A stretch of 27,802 nt of DNA from Octopus sinensis (lineage: Eukaryota). The stretch's first letter is position 1. Each line of letters starts with the position of its first letter. The notes under the pieces were generated by a model that saw nothing but the letters and a program-made list of their open reading frames with translations, was not told where the DNA came from and did no database searches. The DNA lies in NCBI RefSeq assembly GCF_006345805.1, contig NW_021833466.1, positions 1 through 27,802 on the forward strand. Reading direction: 5' to 3'. Positions 22,090-27,802 of the stretch are shown piece after piece. Position numbers and translations under genes: made by a program.

Positions 22090-22268
22090 TATACACACGC
22101 ACATACACACACACACACACTCATCTCTCTCTTTCACTCCTCCCTCTCTCTCTGTCAATGTACACACACACATATATATATATATGTATATATATATATG
22201 CATATATATATATATTATATATATATATTATATATATATATGTATATGTATATATATATATATGTGTA

Positions 22269-22323
<55 letters not shown>

Positions 22324-22326
22324 ATC

Positions 22327-22361
<35 letters not shown>

Positions 22362-22541
22362 GTAGGTATGTATATGTTAATAAAGCAAGGGAGTCATGAG
22401 TTGGTGAAATACAATTTATTTATTTATTAATCATAACTTCTAAGCGATTTCTTTCCATTTGAAGGAAGTTACCAAAAATGCTGAGCTGAATGAATATGTC
22501 GCTTTATATGTACACACACATACACACACACACACATACAC

Positions 22542-22572
<31 letters not shown>

Positions 22573-22660
22573 TACATACGTGTATATATGTGTATATATA
22601 TATATTTATGTATACGCACATACAAAACACATACACTCACACACATATGACTACATGCAT
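22090..22660. repeat. (CA)n/(TA)n low-complexity tracts
   Basis: Direct inspection. Confidence 0.85.
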
Positions 22661-23119
22661 ACAAACTATAGCGAAAGAATATAAACGTCGCAAAAACTAG
22701 TGTTAAACATTATTCAGGAAAGCTTTCATTAGAAGCAATATTATAAATACCGTTAAATCCATATTTTCTGATCGATTGATTTAGCTTCATTAGCCTTATA
22801 TTCACTGCGTTGAAAAGAAACCATAGCTTACTCTCAAAGACCATGTTTAACCTGTTTGTATTATATCTACCTGTAATCTAATTGAAACTCATTTATAGTA
22901 GTTTTTCATTTTGAGATAAAAAAGTTCTGCTGATTACTGCATAATATTGATGCTGGGATATTCCTTTTACTCTTAACGTATGATGTATGATGTATTTGGT
23001 CGAACGAACATTAGGAATTTTGTTCTGTGGTTGCAACACGAAATAGTAAGCAAAACTGTATTCATAAGTAAAATGTAATTTCAGCTGTAGTCATACAACG
23101 AAAATCCTTTGGTGGTTAT

Positions 23120-23227
<108 letters not shown>

Positions 23228-23546
23228 TTATATTATATTATATTGAGTTTGTTGCACTGATGAACATAGAATGCATATTCTGCATTAATTGCGAAATCAC
23301 AGGTGATATGTAACTAAATTCTTTTTTTAAATGATTTGCTTTGAAGTTTTGCATTCGGTAAAATTTTGTTTATTTTAGTAGTTTTGACCGCATTGGTCCC
23401 TCTTAGCGTCTGGTATCTACGAATAGTAGTACCCTCAATATAATATAAATAAATATTTTCAAAGTGAAAAATTTACGGATTTTTTCTCTTACGAGGTTTT
23501 TCGCGCTAACTACTGATAATTTCTTTTAAAGATTTTATCCTCAATG

Positions 23547-23624
<78 letters not shown>

Positions 23625-23953
23625 CTTTACATATGACGCAACCCTCACGCACGCACGCATACACACACATATACATGTATATATATTATTAGTGGGTATA
23701 TGTGTGCATATATATATATGCATACATACACCTCTCATATATTTATATATATATACATATATGTGTATGTGTGTACTTGTGTGTGTGTGAGTGTGTGCGT
23801 CATATGTAAAGTGTTTAGATTTCCATTGTGTTTCGACCAATATTTTATTTTGTACACATTATTGGATAAAAGAGTAATGATTAACTGTTGAATTCGTTAT
23901 GTTTACAGGGAATCACAGAACTTTTGACATCAAAATCCCTAAATATGTTGGGG

Positions 23954-25015
23954 GCTATTTGAAGTTTAAAAGGAAGAATTTGGGAGAGTGTCGAAAGGTC
24001 GAAATAGGTTAAATTCTTCTATTTAATGTTGGTATAAGGCGATGGCTAACATGAAGCATGTTTTTAAGACTGGAGTTACAGTCCTATCTCTTCCTAAGTA
24101 CTATGGCCTTATCTAGAAATGTCAATGCAATGCTGATATCTTTTAATTAATGATATCCAAATACTTTTGGAAAGTGATGGTATATTCTCCAGATGTCGAT
24201 CATGAATGAACCGCCTTTCTATTGCTGATTGCCGAAATAGCGATCTGTAAATCCTACTTAACTTGTTAATGTGTTAATAATGGAGACATGAACGCATTAG
24301 ACAATGTCTTTTCATTGGTAGAATTCTATGTCAGCAATTCGTCTTTGTTCTCTACTTGTAATACTTTTCTGCGATAAATAATTGCTCGTGTCAAGTATTG
24401 CATGCAACTATAGCTAAATTCTATATTATTATTGTTATGGAGAAAGTGGAATTTTTAGGCGTTCTGAAAAATATTGTCTGGTCGAGGAGGGAACACTGGT
24501 TTTGCGCTATTTTTCTATGGTGGGTTATACCATATATTATTCTGAAGGTCGATTGTTGTTGATGAGCACTTAATTCTTTTACCACATAAGCTGCATGTTG
24601 GTACCTCCTTGTAGTGCTCCTCATTGTAGAGCCCTGGTACTCTGTTAAAGGTGACTTAATCGAAGAACAACGTGCCTGTCTTCTTGCTGACGCATTTGAG
24701 TATATTTTGATGTTTCGTAAATTGTTGGATTGTAAAATTTTGTAGAATCTATTACCATTCAGGGGATTTAAAGGGTTAATGTTATTTCAAGTTTAGTTTA
24801 AGCGTAACTCAAGAAGTTTTAAAGTTTTAAGATTTGATTCGACCGTTTTACTCAACCGAAAGTTTTGATTTTCTAATTATTTGTCTCCTCATGACATCAT
24901 CGATACTCTCATTCACACAATTGATGGCTGTTATGAGCCCGTCATCACGGTAGATGCCCACACTAATACCATAAAAAGAGTTACCTAATAATTGAGCATG
25001 AACAATGCTACTAGT
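23954..25015 (-). pseudogene. Heavily decayed Penelope-like element from RT core to C-terminus
   Basis: LVALFMLNY / GISVGIYRDDGL (24935-24958) / NNIWYNPP* (about 24515-24545) / EFSYSCMQ (about 24400-24421) / SLSKSIW / TLNRRI*PISTFRHSPKFFLLNFK*. These are co-linear with PLE RT motif C, linker and C-terminus. Confidence 0.8.
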
Positions 25016-25314
25016 TAAAAAACTATTGAGGGCACGTGCATTGTGTTCTTGAGCTACACCCCTCATTTCAGGTTGCTCTTGTCCACTCAGCTTGTCGTAA
25101 AGTTGAGATTGTAAGTCAGGGAAATCACCGGAAATAAGGTCTCATGAGCCATGTTTATATATAAGTTGTACGATACAGATAAGATGATGCTTTTCAAACG
25201 CAGAGTTGCCGTTAGAATAGCAGAAATACTGAGTAAATTAGCCTTACATGGCAGAAAAAATTGTCAACAACCAGCCATAACCCCACTACCACTATTAGTC
25301 TGTTTAATTTTATA

Positions 25315-25332
25315 CACACACACACACACATG

Positions 25333-25401
<69 letters not shown>

Positions 25402-25478
25402 GTATATAAAATATATACATGCATACATACATACATACTTCATACATTCATACATACATACATACATACATACATACA

Positions 25479-25512
<34 letters not shown>

Positions 25513-25530
25513 CATACATACATACACACA
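25315..25530. repeat. (CA)n-(TA)n-(TACA)n compound microsatellite
   Basis: Direct inspection. Confidence 0.95.
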
Positions 25531-25719
25531 TACAACAAAACAAGTTTTAATTAGAAAATACATTTGTTTCTGTACCGTTGCGCGATCTTTAAGCTGCTTA
25601 GTTTTTTCATCCCCTATACTATTACATAAGATTATATATCTAAATAATTACGAAAATAAATATGATATCAACAACAGCCATATACCGGTACTTCATCGAG
25701 CAGATTATTCCTAAGGCAC

Positions 25720-25759
<40 letters not shown>

Positions 25760-26189
25760 AATACAAGAGAGAGAGAGAGAGAGAGAGAGCAATTACTGTA
25801 GGCTGAACGTAAGACTCAAATATACATAATTGGTTATTAGTTCTTAGAAAGATTCTATTAAATTAGCAATCTCTTCAGTTTAGATATGATGACAAAGCAC
25901 TCAATATTCCTGGCATATCCTTTAGCTGTTATATTTAATCTTATTGAAAGTCTGTAAGAATCTGGAAAACTTAGGAAGAAATTGAAAGAAATTTCAGTAT
26001 TGTTGTTGTATTTAACGAAGATTCAATGGCAAATCATTTTAAAGAATTAACGACGGAATGTTCTATTGTACTGGGCGCTAGCATTGGTTTGTGCAGTTCA
26101 TGTTTATTTCCAAATCTATAAGAGACTGAAGAAATTAACGGAATAGTTCAAGATATAATGGTAATTGGGTGAATAAGTCGTTTTTAAGG

Positions 26190-26531
26190 TGAGGGCGCGT
26201 GGCTTAGTGGTTAGGGCATTCGGCTCATGATCGTAAGGTTGTGAGTTCGATTCCCGGCGACGCGTTGTGTCCTTGAGCAAGACACTTTATTTCACGTTGC
26301 TCCAGTCCACTCAGCTGGCAAAAATGAGTTGTACTTGTATTTCAAAGGGTCAGCCTTGTCACTCTCTGTGTCACGCTGATTATCCCCGAGAACTACGTTA
26401 AGGGTACACGTGTCTGTGGAATGCTCAGCCATTTGCACGTTAATTTCACGAGCAAGCTGTTCCGTTGATCGTATCAGCTGGGACCCTCGTCGTCGTAACC
26501 GGCGGAGTCTTTAAAAAAAAAAGAAAAAAAA
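26190..26531 (+). mobile_element. tRNA-derived SINE, family C (C-type centre + family-A-type 3' body + poly(A))
   Basis: A box TGGCTTAGTGG, B box GAGTTCGATTCC, A-rich tail 26513-26533, 13-bp TSD AAGTCGTTTTTAA (26175-26187, 26532-26544). Confidence 0.95.
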
Positions 26532-26639
26532 AAGTCGTTTTTAATATGGTGAGCCAGTCATAAATTTCGGCAGCGATCAGTGTACGACGAACAGGATAGG
26601 ACTTTAGATGAAATGAGCATAAAATAATATATTTATACG

Positions 26640-26812
26640 GTGTACGATCATATTACGTAGAAGACACCGGTTTTTAGTCTGATCATCGAAGTTAAGCAGC
26701 ATCGAAGGTAGTTAATACTTAGAAGGATGACTGCTTGGCAAATCTTGGCGCTGTAAGCAAGGCCTTTAATGCTGGTCTCCCAGCATGGCCGCAACCTCCG
26801 GCTGAAATAAGA
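26640..26812 (+). mobile_element. 5S rRNA-derived SINE (SINE3-like) or 5S pseudogene fused to a SINE-type tail
   Basis: 26640-26758 is co-linear with 5S rRNA (GTGTACGATCATA...GTCTGATCATCGAAGTTAAGCAG...GTTAATACTT...GCTGTAAG), about 70% by eye against a recalled invertebrate consensus. The tail CCAGCATGGCCGCA...GCTGAAA resembles the family B tail. Confidence 0.8.
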
Positions 26813-26833
26813 AATGGTATACTAAAATATGGA

Positions 26834-27156
26834 TGGAAGCACTCCGTCGGTCACGACGATGAGGGTTCCGGTTGATCCGAATCAACGGAACAGCTTGCTC
26901 GTGAAATTAACGTGTAAGTGGCTGAGCACTCCACAGACACGTGCACCCTTAACGTAGTTCTCGGGGATATTCAGCGTGACACAGAGCGTGACAAGGCCGG
27001 CCCCTTGAAATACGGGTACAACAGAAACAGGAAGTAAGAGTGAGAGAAAGTTGTGGTGAAAGAGTACAGCAGGGATCACCACCATCCCCTGCCGGAGCCT
27101 CGTGGAGCTTTTAGGTGTTTTCACTCAATAAACACTCACAACGCCCGGTCTGGGAA
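26834..27156 (-). mobile_element. tRNA-derived SINE, family A, 5'-truncated
   Basis: Reverse complement of the family A body; possible TSD AAAATAT (26824-26830, 27160-27166). Confidence 0.95.
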
Positions 27157-27661
27157 ACAAAAATATAAAAAAGTAAACGTATACAAAAGATTATATCAGA
27201 GAGCTACAAAGATATAAATACGGATGGAATATTCAAATGTAAATGAATTAATTGGTTCAATACAGAAAGATAAATTATTGTGAAAAAAATCTTTTAGAAA
27301 TCAATTATTTACAAATGATTTCAGATGAAAGTGTATTCGTATATTCTATTAGTTGTTACCGTAATTTAATCATCTGCCAGTCTTGATCCAACAGGTCTAT
27401 CAGAAAAGATGTCCTACCTGTGACCCCATCTTATATCCAGAGATAGCTTATCTAGGATTATAAAGCCTAATCTGTCTTTCTATTTTTTAAGGTGACGTGG
27501 TGATTTGAGAGAGATTTGGCTGTTATTTCTAGTTTTCGAAAAAGCAGGTGAAGGCTTCCTTGTTGGCTCGTATTGTTTGTAATATCGTTATGATCCCTTA
27601 AACACATCTCAGGCGAGCCATTTTCGCGTGACATATGTGACACTCAGAAACACAAATTCTG

Positions 27662-27802
27662 AGGAGTGGCTGTGTGGTAAGTAGCTTGTTTAACAACCAC
27701 ATGATTTCGGGTTCAGTTCCACTACGTGGTACCTTGGGCAAGTGTCTTCTACTATAGCCTTGGGCCGACCAAAACCTTGTGAGTGGATTTGGTATACGGA
27801 AA
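27662..27802 (+). mobile_element. tRNA-derived SINE, family B, cut by the window end
   Basis: Homologous to 6924-7085. Confidence 0.9.

Overview
Eukaryotic, AT-rich, microsatellite-saturated non-coding DNA. The repeat content (tRNA-derived SINEs, Penelope-like elements) is typical of a cephalopod, most likely Octopus; this is an inference from recalled repeat families, not a database result. No intact host gene could be identified, and almost all listed ORFs are translations of microsatellites or SINEs. Real content: (1) about 12 SINE copies from at least four tRNA-headed families plus one 5S-rRNA-derived SINE, several with clean target-site duplications (TSDs); (2) five recognisable remnants of Penelope-like retroelements (PLEs), with three GIY-YIG endonuclease and two RT-containing fragments; (3) nine type-I hammerhead ribozyme (HHR)-like motifs from about six sequence families. 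These include an apparently complete HHR with a compensated U3-A8 core pair (15245-15284), one behind a tRNA-type Pol III promoter (8383-8709) and one with a very long stem II (4026-4126); (4) several long fold-back or inverted-repeat structures next to the PLE pieces.
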